The translations under genes were made by a program, and so were the position numbers. Positions 16,743 through 27,200 of a DNA stretch of 64,000 nt are shown here, one piece after another; positions within the stretch are counted from its first letter, which is position 1, and each line of letters begins with the position of its first letter. Under the pieces are notes generated by a model that worked only from the letters and a program-made list of their open reading frames with translations, was not told the DNA's origin and ran no database searches. The stretch covers positions 2,467 through 66,466 of the forward strand of contig JAGUZN010000398.1 in NCBI GenBank assembly GCA_020060775.1. The letters run 5' to 3'. The stretch comes from Armatimonadota bacterium. Its GTDB lineage: Bacteria > Armatimonadota > Hebobacteria > CAIYQO01.

Positions 16743-17885
16743 TCATTTCTGCAGCGGACAGGATGCCCCCTCGGGGATCGGCACTTGATTGAGGTCGACG
16801 GGCACGCGCACACTGATGGCCGGTGCGTGCAGCGAATCCAATATGTCTTCCAGTGCGATATCCGCACGGCAGGTGTACTCGTCGGCCGCGCCATAGTAGA
16901 TGCGCACGACCTGGTCCTTCTCCACCCCCGTTGCCACCGCGCCGCAGGTAAAGACCACGTTGCCATAAAACCCGGTACGCTCATACTCCGTTTCCGGAAT
17001 GAGGAACGGGACATTCGACCGCGCCAGGATTTTCGACGGGTCGTCCAGGTCCAGCAGCACCGCCCCCAAACAGTAGCCCTGATCGGGATTGACGCCATGG
17101 TAAATCTCCAGCCAACCGTACTCCGTCTTGATGGGGACGGCGCCGGCGCCCAACCGTGTGCTGTCCCACATGCCCGGGCGCTTACCCATAAGCGGCACAT
17201 GGTGTCCCCAGTGCATCAAATCGGGCGAGTAGCCCATCCAAATCTGCTGGTTGCCCAGACCAGTCGTGGCCGGTCGATGCAGCATAATATACTCGTCGTG
17301 AATGCGTTCGGGGAAAATCACCACGTTCTTGTTCTCCGGCGGCAGGATGACACCGTGTTTCTGATAGTGTATAAAGTCGGTCGTTGAGGCGAGCGCCACA
17401 CTGATGCCGTAACGAGAGACAGCCGTGTAGTTGATGTACACGGTGTCTTCGACCTTCGTCATACGCGGATCTTCGATCCCATACTCTTCAAAGTACTCGG
17501 TCGGAAAAAGAGCGGGGACGTCGTCGATATGGAAGCGGAATCCATCTTTGCTGCGTGCCAAACGCAAGTGCGATAGCGAACTCAAGTAGATCTCATCCTG
17601 ATAGATCACGGCGCGCGGGTCAGTGATATCGAGTCCGGGAGTGTTCACATTGAAGCGGCGCACGGTGATGCGCGCTTCTCCGTCATGCCGCTCGACGATG
17701 GGCACGGCGATCTCGCCCTCCGGCACTTCTTTGGGCATCTCCGCCACACGGAGCAGAAGGAACGTCTCATCACCCCACATCACAGTTGCCGCGTTAAACG
17801 CACTCACCACCCTCATCTCGGACGATGAGGGTTTTACATGGATCGGCGAGATCAACGGGTTCATCTGCGCGCGTTCGATGCGCAT
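16743..17885 (-). CDS. Glycoside hydrolase family 130 (beta-mannoside phosphorylase family)
   Basis: GH130 blocks FNAATVMWGDETFLLLRVAE, YGIEDPRMTKVEDTVYINYTAVS and WLEIYHGV. Confidence 0.8.
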   Translation of the reverse strand: MRIERAQMNPLISPIHVKPSSSEMRVVSAFNAATVMWGDETFLLLRVAEMPKEVPEGEIAVPIVERHDGEARITVRRFNVNTPGLDITDPRAVIYQDEIYLSSLSHLRLARSKDGFRFHIDDVPALFPTEYFEEYGIEDPRMTKVEDTVYINYTAVSRYGISVALASTTDFIHYQKHGVILPPENKNVVIFPERIHDEYIMLHRPATTGLGNQQIWMGYSPDLMHWGHHVPLMGKRPGMWDSTRLGAGAVPIKTEYGWLEIYHGVNPDQGYCLGAVLLDLDDPSKILARSNVPFLIPETEYERTGFYGNVVFTCGAVATGVEKDQVVRIYYGAADEYTCRADIALEDILDSLHAPAISVRVPVDLNQVPIPEGASCPLQK

Positions 17886-18110
17886 GGCGACTCCTCTCTA
17901 CACTCCCAGGCAGCAGCCCTCCACTATCGTATCCGTAGTGCCTGTCTTAGCAGGTATACCCCCATTTCACACCCGGCACGGCGTGCTTACGCCGCACATG
18001 CCGCATTAACCGCACAGAATGTGACATGCCGAACCACAAACAGCGCATGCACGATATCTCGGAGAGATACCGCACACACGCTGTGTGGTCTTACTATCGC
18101 CTATGATTAA

Positions 18111-20111
18111 TTAACCGCGTTCAACAAACACGTACGGGAGGAGTTTGCGATAGCCGGCGCGGTTTCGCATCAGGGCAGTCATCAGGAAGCACCACCCTTC
18201 CGGGAGATAGCCTTCGTACCCTGTCGGATTCCCTTCCCAATCGTGGTGCTCGGCGCCAGTGCAATTAGTGACGTGCAGGCCGTTCTGTAGTTCTCCGGCC
18301 TCGGCGGCCTCCAGCATGGGGTTGAAAATCCAGTCAGCATCATCAGGCATGTCCATCACAAGCAGCCCCATGAGCAGGTACGACGTGAGCATCGTTTGCG
18401 TCGCACCGTTATACAATGCTTTCCCTCTGAAACTTAACTCGCCGGTGGGATCGTTGAAACGGGGCAGCCCCAGTTCATCGAACTCGATTGGCAACGCGCC
18501 GTGCGCAGTATCGGCTATGCCGCCGGTAAAGTCGACGGTGAACGCGGGTTGCATGAGGTCGAAGTCAGGCACGGGCAGCAGATTTACCGGCACCCCCCAG
18601 CGCCATCCCTCGGGCTTCATTTCGCGCAGGCGCGCCATGATGCGCCCGAGTATCTCCCGTCCGAGCGGTTTTTCGACCAGTCCGTACGCACACGCCAATC
18701 CGTTGACAAAGGGGAAGATATAGTCGTGCACTTTCCCGTCTTGACTCACCCACCCTGCCAGCACACCGGTCTCCGAGTTATAGAACGTCGGCACATACGC
18801 CTGCTTCAACCGGTCGGCCGCTCGCGAGAAGACGGCCGCGGCTTTCGTGTGTTCGAGCATCGTCAATAAATCCACCATGCAATGGTAGGCACGATAAGCG
18901 ATGGCATTGGTGATGGCGTTTTTATAACCGAAGTTGATGCTTTCCAGGTAGAAATCCGCACGGTCAGGATCGCGCAGGCTCCAGGCGTTGCCACTTTGGA
19001 TCGACTCGGCGATGCCATCCTGGTCCTGATCCCTCCGCAGGATGTACGCGGCGATGGTTTGCAGATGCCAGATATTGGCGCGCAGCCAGTCAAGGTCTTG
19101 CGTCATCTGGAGGTAATCCCACGCGGCGAGGATCACCATGGGATTGGTAAACAAGTAGAGATCGTGCTTCCCAAATGCAGCGATGTTGCCCAAACCCATC
19201 GCACGGTTCTGGAACCAGTCATCCAGGGTGCGGCGGACGAACAGGGCGAGATTGATGCCGGGCAGCGGTTCCGGGGTGTAGAGCATAGAATCGCTGTAAT
19301 AAGCGGTGCAGCAGATCGCTGGATTGCTCAATACATTGTTGGCGAGCATCATCGGTGTTTCGACATCATTCTCATCGGCGTTCGGCTGGAACTGGTTCAG
19401 CCATGGCCGGCGGATGCGCTGCCATAGCTGCTCGTCAATAGCATCCGGCTTTGTAATGGATTGCGGCGAAAAGCGTAATACCGAAGTATCGCCCTTTTCG
19501 TAAGGCTTCGCCGCACGGAGCGTCCAGACGAGGGTGTGACTGCCACGTTGCCCAGCGAGCGTGGAGTACCATGGCACCGACGCAAAGCGCTGTGACGGGG
19601 TGCGCTTGCCGATGATGGTCCGAGGCCCTTCATGCGGTAACACTTCGCCGTAGAGATGTCCGTGATCCGGTGCGACGAAGAGCCAGGGGGGCTGCAGCCG
19701 GGTATCATCCTCCACGGCGTGCGGGAGTACTGCAGTGGGGCAGTACTGCTGTGACAGGTTGAAGGCCAGCGTCAGGTCGTACACCGGAGCCCAGGCCTCC
19801 TGGCGTATCTCAAATAGCAGGCTATCACCCTCGGCTTTGATATCCCAATCGATCGTGCCGTAATCGATCTGATGGCGGATGCGGATATGTCCGTCATCGA
19901 GTTGCTCCACCGACCAGGAACGCAATGGCGCCGTGCTCTGCATCCATGATAGGCACAGGGGCTCGCGCAACAAGTTATGCACCTCACGACCGGTGCCCTC
20001 AGTATCGAGACCCAGGTGGATCACTGCCGGTTGGTCAGTGGCCATGCGAAGCAACCAGGCGCCGGTGCTCGCGCGGAGTTCCAGGTGATTGGATGTGACG
20101 GCCTGTGTCAT
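18111..20111 (-). CDS. Putative (alpha/alpha)6-barrel glycoside hydrolase-like protein (family unresolved)
   Basis: 666 aa with no signal peptide. Helix-rich repeats with aromatic or acidic motifs typical of (alpha/alpha)6 glycosidases. Weak evidence. Confidence 0.35.
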   Translation of the reverse strand: MTQAVTSNHLELRASTGAWLLRMATDQPAVIHLGLDTEGTGREVHNLLREPLCLSWMQSTAPLRSWSVEQLDDGHIRIRHQIDYGTIDWDIKAEGDSLLFEIRQEAWAPVYDLTLAFNLSQQYCPTAVLPHAVEDDTRLQPPWLFVAPDHGHLYGEVLPHEGPRTIIGKRTPSQRFASVPWYSTLAGQRGSHTLVWTLRAAKPYEKGDTSVLRFSPQSITKPDAIDEQLWQRIRRPWLNQFQPNADENDVETPMMLANNVLSNPAICCTAYYSDSMLYTPEPLPGINLALFVRRTLDDWFQNRAMGLGNIAAFGKHDLYLFTNPMVILAAWDYLQMTQDLDWLRANIWHLQTIAAYILRRDQDQDGIAESIQSGNAWSLRDPDRADFYLESINFGYKNAITNAIAYRAYHCMVDLLTMLEHTKAAAVFSRAADRLKQAYVPTFYNSETGVLAGWVSQDGKVHDYIFPFVNGLACAYGLVEKPLGREILGRIMARLREMKPEGWRWGVPVNLLPVPDFDLMQPAFTVDFTGGIADTAHGALPIEFDELGLPRFNDPTGELSFRGKALYNGATQTMLTSYLLMGLLVMDMPDDADWIFNPMLEAAEAGELQNGLHVTNCTGAEHHDWEGNPTGYEGYLPEGWCFLMTALMRNRAGYRKLLPYVFVERG

Positions 20112-20203
20112 CGTATCGTCCTCCTAAAGGTTACTTTTATCGCGGGGAAATTCACCGGAGCGTCGAAGCAGTCTGCGCCCCGGGATCAACAGCATATACA
20201 GAA

Positions 20204-21115
20204 CTATACGGCAGCCGTATCTAATGCATAGGTGCGCCGGAACTGCCTGATTGCCTCGACGAAAAGCTCGGGCTCGTCGATGAACGGGAAGTGTCGTGAA
20301 CGCGGGATTACGCGCATTTCACAGGTGGGGATGCGGCGCGCCATGCCGCCCAAGCATTCGAGAGGGGTGGAGATATCATGCTGGCCGGCAAGGATGAGCG
20401 TCGGGCAGCGAACTTCGCCGAGGCGGGCGAAGATATCCGCGGTTACTGCGAGTTCGTCGCCGAAGTTATTGGGCACCAGATGGGTGAAGTCTGTACGGGC
20501 AAAGACGCTGTAGACCTCCTCCCGTTTCTCCGGCCAATGGTAGATGATGGACGGCGCCTGGATTTTCACCGTTTCCCGGAAACTCTCATTCGCGGTGATC
20601 TGCCCGGAGTTATGGCGATCGTAGACTTTCTGCACTTCCGGCGCGATGTTGAGGCGCTCCATCTCTTCGTTGAAAAATTCCGACCACCACTCTCGTAAAA
20701 TCTTGGGATAGCCGGTGGCGCCGGCGACCAGATACAGCTCGCGTACGCGGTGAGGGTAGTGCAGGGCGAAGTACTGCGCCAGGCACGAACCAAAGGAATG
20801 ACCGAGCAAGGCGACGTTCTCCACGCCCAGGTGGACGATCAGGTTTTCAATGTCTTGCGCCATGCCGGGATAACTGATGTGTGTGCTATCCGGTACGGGT
20901 TTGCTTTTTCCGCTCCCCCGCTCGTCAACATACGCCATGTTGAATTCATCGGCCAATGGTGAGAGGTAGGGAAAGAAATAATCGCCGGAATTGCCCTTGC
21001 CTCCATGGAGGCATATGAACACCGGGCCTGCACCCTCGGTCTGATAGTGGAGGTCCATGTCCACCGAATAGTAGTAGCAACTCTGCATTGTTCGCTCCTC
21101 AAGGTGTGTGTACAT
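20204..21115 (-). CDS. Alpha/beta hydrolase, proline iminopeptidase-like (S33 family)
   Basis: HGGKGNSG, DERGSGKS and the nucleophile elbow GHSFG. Confidence 0.75.
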   Translation of the reverse strand: MYTHLEERTMQSCYYYSVDMDLHYQTEGAGPVFICLHGGKGNSGDYFFPYLSPLADEFNMAYVDERGSGKSKPVPDSTHISYPGMAQDIENLIVHLGVENVALLGHSFGSCLAQYFALHYPHRVRELYLVAGATGYPKILREWWSEFFNEEMERLNIAPEVQKVYDRHNSGQITANESFRETVKIQAPSIIYHWPEKREEVYSVFARTDFTHLVPNNFGDELAVTADIFARLGEVRCPTLILAGQHDISTPLECLGGMARRIPTCEMRVIPRSRHFPFIDEPELFVEAIRQFRRTYALDTAAV

Positions 21116-21121
21116 GTATTC

Positions 21122-22186
21122 TTACGCCCGTACTGGATCAGGGAGATCGGCAATGATATGTCGGGCGAATCCGCTCACGCAGGGCCGATAACCGCTCACC
21201 CAGAAGTCACCCGTTGCCGGGCAGGCAATGGTGGCGGATTGCAGGCCATCATGACACCAGCCGCCCTCGCTCTGCTCTTCTTGCAGGTAGGCGGCCATCC
21301 ATTCCATGGTCGAGTGGCCATGCGCGTCATGCAAACGTGCCGCGACTTTCTTTGCCGTGCGCATGCCCCCTTCCCAATCATGGGCAATGCCTTCATCGAT
21401 GAGCGCTTTGATCAACTCGGGAGATTCGAAGGTGCCGCCGGTGAGCACGCCCCGTTCATCCGGGTGACGCATGGCATGCAATGCACCACAGGGCTCCAGT
21501 GCGACAACCCGACCGCTGGGGTCGGCAATCATGAAAACGCTGGCGCATTCGAATCCCAGGATAATATCGACTGCTTCATCGATGGTGGTGGCATACTGCA
21601 ACGCTTTACGTTCGGCGAAAAAGCCGCGCGCATAGAGGGCAAAAGAGAAGTCGTGCGTGCCCGGCCGGAAGCGCGTGCCGGCAAACGATGAGGCTTGCCC
21701 GATAGCCACGCCCGCTTTATTCATGCCGCGTACGGCATAGGGCATGCCCGCCCAGGTCACGATGTAGCTCGGTATGCCGTGATGCGGGATGATCGTTTCC
21801 AGCAAGTAATAAGGCGGACTATCCTCCAATACACCGGCGATAATCGCGCCCCGTTCAGGATCATTGCAGGCCATGTTGTAGCACGCGAGCGTGGCCGGGT
21901 GCGTTTTCGACAGGGCATTCCAGCAGCGGAAGACATAGGCATACATGTCATCATCGCTGATGCCAGCGGCTTTGCCGGTGGAGAGCACTTCGTCGATGAT
22001 CTCCGGCCAGCGTCGCGACATATCCTCGGCCATCCCCCGCCCGTAGGCGTGCGCGTCTTCCTGGGTGAAGAGGTGCGTGTGTTCGCGGACCCAGTGTTCG
22101 AGCGACATCTGGATGACGTATTTCAATTGCTCGCCGCGCTGACGGCCGATGTCGGCATGCGAACCGGTGAATTGCAGTTCAACCAT
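21122..22186 (-). CDS. C45-family (acyl-CoA:6-APA acyltransferase-like) Ntn-hydrolase superfamily protein
   Basis: N-terminal L-x-F-x-G-S-x-x-x-I-G-x-Q-x-G-E pattern and a size typical of the AAT/C45 family. Moderate confidence. Confidence 0.4.
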   Translation of the reverse strand: MVELQFTGSHADIGRQRGEQLKYVIQMSLEHWVREHTHLFTQEDAHAYGRGMAEDMSRRWPEIIDEVLSTGKAAGISDDDMYAYVFRCWNALSKTHPATLACYNMACNDPERGAIIAGVLEDSPPYYLLETIIPHHGIPSYIVTWAGMPYAVRGMNKAGVAIGQASSFAGTRFRPGTHDFSFALYARGFFAERKALQYATTIDEAVDIILGFECASVFMIADPSGRVVALEPCGALHAMRHPDERGVLTGGTFESPELIKALIDEGIAHDWEGGMRTAKKVAARLHDAHGHSTMEWMAAYLQEEQSEGGWCHDGLQSATIACPATGDFWVSGYRPCVSGFARHIIADLPDPVRA

Positions 22187-22188
22187 GG

Positions 22189-24102
22189 TTAGTATTCCTC
22201 AACAAGCTCATGTTGCATGACCCATTGCAGATCATGGTCTAATAATGTGGCCTCAGTAGGACATCCTTCATCCGTCCATCCCATCATGCGGTAATAGGTC
22301 ACAATGTTACGGTGAAAGGTTTCATGATTGAGCACATCGCCAACGCATGGTCCCGAGACGATCGGTTCTTCAAAGAAGCGAGCGGGCAAGGTGTCATCGG
22401 CTGCGGTGAGTCCCTCGCGCATGTTGTACCAGCGCATGAGATGGTTGCGCCGTTCACCGATGCGCATGATCTCATAGTCGCTGGTCTGCCAGCCGGTCAC
22501 CGCCGCCAGCATGCGGGCCATTTCGGGCAGTGACAAGATGCGCGTGGGGGCGATGGCGAAGATACACAAATCCAGCGCATCGGCAGCGGACCAGAGGTTA
22601 TTCAACGCTTTGAAGTAGCGGACTTTGTCTGCACCCTGGTATCCCATGGGGATGCGCCGGGTGACGCCGATGGTGCGCGAGAGGTTCAGCGTGTGATCCC
22701 AGCCGACAGTGGTATCGAAATCCCAATCATGCTCGCAGATATCGTAGCGCGGCCCGATCGGGGCAACGGCATAGCCCATGGCCAGATTGGTTTGACTGCG
22801 CGGCTCGAAGCAGACCATCTCCAGCCCTTTGACATGCATAGCGTAGCGTTGGGCTCCACGGCTAATCTGCGCGGCGGCACGTTTCGTGCCTTCGGCCAGT
22901 ACATCGCCGAGACCGCGCCGGTACACAATATCCAGCAGCAGGCGCTCGGCTCCGGCTGTATCACCAAAATGCACAGGTGTGCCATCCCCTTCGGTCAGGA
23001 TGCCCTGCGCGTAAAGTTCCATGGCGAATGAGATGGTGAAGCCCAGCGACGTGGGATCCAGGCCGTACTGGTTGGCCAGATTGTTGGCGCGGAGAATCCA
23101 GTCGAGGTTGACGATGCCCAGATTCGGTCCCATCGCGCCGGTGACTTCCTGATGGATGCCGCTGGCGCGCGGGTCGAGGTCTTCCCCGTTCAGCGGGTGC
23201 ATATATTTGATGCAGTTATTGGGGCATCCCGGGCAGCAGCCGTCGCCGCTGTAGCGCTGCAGGAATTCTTTCGCTTTGAATTTTTCCGTTCCCTCGATCA
23301 TCGGGCAAGCGTAATTGTTGACATCCAGTGCAGCATCCAGTCCATGCAGGTACAACCAGCAGGAGAACCCGGGAGCCTCCTGTTGCCAGCGGCTGAGATC
23401 GTTGCCGGCAATGCGTTGTGTGAACGATTCCGTGAGCGTCGATACTGTGTCGGCATCGGCCAATGCAGGACGGTCGCCCTCGCGAATGACGATCGCCTTC
23501 ACCCGTTTAGCGCCCATGACAGCCCCCATGCCCATGCGCGCCGCCTGATACGTACGTTCCGACACGATGGAGGCAAAGCGCACGCGCGCTTCTCCGGCGG
23601 GACCAATAGCGGCGACATGGACATCGTTGCCAAGGAGTGCTTCCAGGTGATCGGTTGTCTCTCCGACGGTCAACCCCCAGAGGTCATCTGCGGGAAGAAA
23701 CTCCACCCTCCCTTCCCCGATGACCACCGCAACTGGCTCGGTGGACTCGCCGGTGAGGATGATGGCATCCGCACCACTGGCCTTCAAGGCCACGCCCCAC
23801 GGACCTTCGCAACGCGTCTCACCAATGCCACCGGTGAGCGGGCTTTTGGCTGCCACGGTGAAGCGCGGCAACCCCGCCCCGGGATGGCCTGCCACGACCG
23901 AAGAAGTGAACACCAGCAGGTTCTCCGGCCCGAGCGGATCGATGCCCGGCCGCGTGCGTTCGAGCAGCAGGGCAGTGGCCAGCAAGCCGCCGCCGGCATA
24001 GTGGCGAAAGAACGCCTCCGGCCGTTGTTCGAACTTGAACGTCTGCGTTGTCAAATCGATCCACAGCAGTGTTCCCCAATATCCGCATGTCGTAAGATCC
24101 AT
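22189..24102 (-). CDS. Tungsten-containing aldehyde:ferredoxin oxidoreductase (AOR family)
   Basis: AOR N-terminal domain (WIDLTTQTFKFE...YAGGGLLAT), a D-x-x-G-L-C-type segment (DALDLC) and length 637 aa. Confidence 0.8.
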   Translation of the reverse strand: MDLTTCGYWGTLLWIDLTTQTFKFEQRPEAFFRHYAGGGLLATALLLERTRPGIDPLGPENLLVFTSSVVAGHPGAGLPRFTVAAKSPLTGGIGETRCEGPWGVALKASGADAIILTGESTEPVAVVIGEGRVEFLPADDLWGLTVGETTDHLEALLGNDVHVAAIGPAGEARVRFASIVSERTYQAARMGMGAVMGAKRVKAIVIREGDRPALADADTVSTLTESFTQRIAGNDLSRWQQEAPGFSCWLYLHGLDAALDVNNYACPMIEGTEKFKAKEFLQRYSGDGCCPGCPNNCIKYMHPLNGEDLDPRASGIHQEVTGAMGPNLGIVNLDWILRANNLANQYGLDPTSLGFTISFAMELYAQGILTEGDGTPVHFGDTAGAERLLLDIVYRRGLGDVLAEGTKRAAAQISRGAQRYAMHVKGLEMVCFEPRSQTNLAMGYAVAPIGPRYDICEHDWDFDTTVGWDHTLNLSRTIGVTRRIPMGYQGADKVRYFKALNNLWSAADALDLCIFAIAPTRILSLPEMARMLAAVTGWQTSDYEIMRIGERRNHLMRWYNMREGLTAADDTLPARFFEEPIVSGPCVGDVLNHETFHRNIVTYYRMMGWTDEGCPTEATLLDHDLQWVMQHELVEEY

Positions 24103-24239
24103 AGTGCTCCTCGGTGTTCAGTAGCGAGCTAACGATGCTGTTGCCTTGTCAACCAGACTTAGCTTCGGCTATTTTCGTTAGCCGTTGATGATCCCCTGCA
24201 AGAAAGCGCGGAAAAGTACTACCTATTTAACCCTGTTAC

Positions 24240-27200
24240 TCAGGGTGTCAGCAGCAAAGCGCGGAACGAGCGCTTGGGCACGGTGATCTGTGCCACACCA
24301 TTGCGCATGGTAAAGCTCGCCGCCTGCAGGTTGACTGTGATGTAGGGCGGCTCGGGATCACCCGCATTGGCGTACCATCCCGGAGGACCTTGCCAGGAGA
24401 AGTTGCTGATGCGGAACAGGTCGATCAGCGTACTGTTCGCCAGTTTCTGGAAGCCCAGCTTACCGAGGTTGGGCTTCAGCGTGAGGGTGACATCCTGGTC
24501 CGAGTTATTCATCGGCACGAGCACCAACCAGCCGTCATTGCTCTCGCCTAACTCGCGAAGAGTCTGTTTCACTTCTTCACCTACAATGAAATTGCGGTAA
24601 GTGGTGATGCGGTCTTGCTGGCGCATTTCCGGCACGATGGGCACTGGTAGGCCGGACGGGCGGTAGTAGACCGAGCAGACGATCTGCTCGGGTGCCCCAC
24701 CCTCGACGGTCAGTGCATCGCCTAACTGCCAGTAGCCGAGGAAACGCACGTGATCGTCCCAGCGCATCATGCGGCAGACTTCCTGCATCCACATCCAGGC
24801 TAACTGCAGATCGTTGCCGCCGATCTGCCACATGTCGTGGATCATCCCCAACCCGGCGACATGCTCGTAATCCGACCAGCGTGGCAAATCCCATTCACCA
24901 TGCTGCCCATCCTTCGGCGGCGTGAGCATACGTCCATACCACCCTGCCCGCAACTCGGGCGTGTCACCATAGGCGGAAGCCATCTCGGTAAGAAAACTCG
25001 ATTCATGTCCCCATAGCCAGGGCGTGAGCCAGATGCGGCAGGTATGCATGTCCAGTATGCGGTAGTAGTTCTTCTCAGGCGTTCCGCGTAATGGTCCAAT
25101 CAGCCCTTCGCCCAACCAGTTTTCGTCACAGAAGGGGACAATCACGGGATTAGGCCCCCAATCGTGGAAACGCACCCAGCCATCCTTGGGATCTGCGGCT
25201 TTAATGAGATTGTAGATGCGCTCGTAATGCCGGCGAGTCGCCAGCATGGTGCCGGTTTCGCGCAAGATCCCCTGGTCATCGATATACCCGCACCCATGCG
25301 CCAGATTTTTGCAATGGGGATTTCCCATGCAGTCGAAGTAGATTGCACGTTGCGGATAGTTCTTGATGAACTGATCCAGCAACCAGATCTGCAGGTCGCT
25401 GGCTGAAGAATTGTGGCAGGCCGGGCCCCAGGCAGTGCTGTTGGGGTCAGGCTTGGCGAGGTCGGATGGGATATTCCGCCACTCACGCCACCACTCTGCA
25501 TATTCGGGCGAGCCTATCCACTGGTATGGACCGAAAGCGTACCAGCAAGTAATGGGCCCATCGGGACGGTTCATCGTACGGGCCATGTGCTCGTAATCTT
25601 CCGGCTTGCCGGTGGGCTTGGGGTAGTTCGGCGTAGCGTAGGTGTAATCCCCCGCCGTGTAGCTGATGCCGCGATACAAACTGAGCGTCCGCCGATCTGT
25701 TCTCACGGGCTTAGAGGGCGTAGCCGTCCAACCGAAACTGAGAGAGCGCGGTTTGGCAAGTTGCACCGGTTTTTGGATCACTTTGAGCTTGATCGTCACT
25801 TCATCCGGTCCAGGGACCATTTCTGCGGGATGCGTCCCGGCCAGTTCCCATCCGCGTTGGTCATCCCAAAAATAGCTGAACCCACCCTGTTCATTGCCGA
25901 ACCAATAGGTGCCATAGACCGTTTCGATCGCCTTATCGCCGATGGGGCTCATGCCGGCCATATTCTTCATCGTGACCGTCTTCCGGTCCAGCGGAATTTC
26001 CACAGTGAGCGCATCCACCTGGTCGCCGGAAAGGGTCAGGGTCATATAAGTGAGCCCATCGAATTCGATCCATCCGTTAATGCGGATCTGCAGGTTGCCA
26101 TCCTGGGCGGTGGACACCCAGCTTGCCTTGCGTCGCGTGTGTTCAGTAAGCTTCATCGACCCGGCGGTGATGACCTTCTCTTCACCGTTATGCGTGAGGC
26201 GAAGGCGTACCGGTCCCGCGAACAGGGACTGTCCGTTCGTCACGATCTGTCGCGGGAAGAGCAATTGCGGATCACACGTAATATCCTTCAACAGCAACTT
26301 CACCGTGTTCCCATTAACCTGCACATCTGTCCAGGGGATGGGCGGACCATCGATGACGCCTGCCGTATTGTGGTACCACTCCGGCAGCGGTTCCTTTTCA
26401 AAGGGCTGCCGATCTTCACTTACCACGTCCTTGCCGCGGAAGAGGCGCGCGCATATCTCGTACTTCCCCACCGGGAGCGATTTTGTCTCGAATGCGACAG
26501 TTTCCGCAGGGTCATCGAATGCTTGAATCTCATGTGTTTCGAGCGTTTTGCCTTCCTTGTTTAGCGTAACAACGGCGTGCAACTCAGCAGGACGGAGGGG
26601 TTTCACGGTGACCTCCAACTTACCCCACCCGGGATAATTCACCAACTCCATCACTGAAGGCGCCACGAAGACGAAGGGCAACGAACGGTTGAGGATACCG
26701 TTGCCCTCGGGGTCGAGTATTTCAACGACTAATCCGATATCGCCCGGTTGCTCCAGGCGATAGGGCACGGCAAAGGTATGCAATCCCTTCTCGACCGTGA
26801 TGGTCGCCTCCTTTTCAAAGGATTGACCGAACCCCTGGGCTTTGAGCTTCACCGTGTATGCACCGGCCGGCCCGATGATGCTGCCATACACCGTCAGTTC
26901 GCCATTGGCGGCATCCCCGAGACTGGCGACCGATGCGCTGGCCGATGGGCGGAGGGACAACTTGCCCGGGGAAGGTTGGCTGCGTTCATCCGCACACAAA
27001 GCATTTTGCGATGAGGAAAAGAGCTTCCAGGAGCGGAGCACATTGAAATCCACCGTGTCGCCCACCGTCACGCCGATCTCTTTCAGCGGGATAGCGGCTT
27101 CAATGATCCAGGCATTGAAATCCGCGTGACTTGACCAGACAATCTGTTGGGCGTTCCAAGTGCGATCGAAGTCACGGCTATCCACCAGCGTATTGCTCGC

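Noticed and set aside
16638-17387. 249-aa + strand ORF
   Set aside because: Antisense to the GH130 gene, whose family motifs are unambiguous.
23152-24132. 326-aa + strand ORF
   Set aside because: Entirely antisense to the AOR gene. Arg/Ala-rich, typical GC-rich shadow ORF.
25413-26564. 383-aa + strand ORF
   Set aside because: Antisense inside the 1383-aa secreted-protein gene. Shadow ORF.
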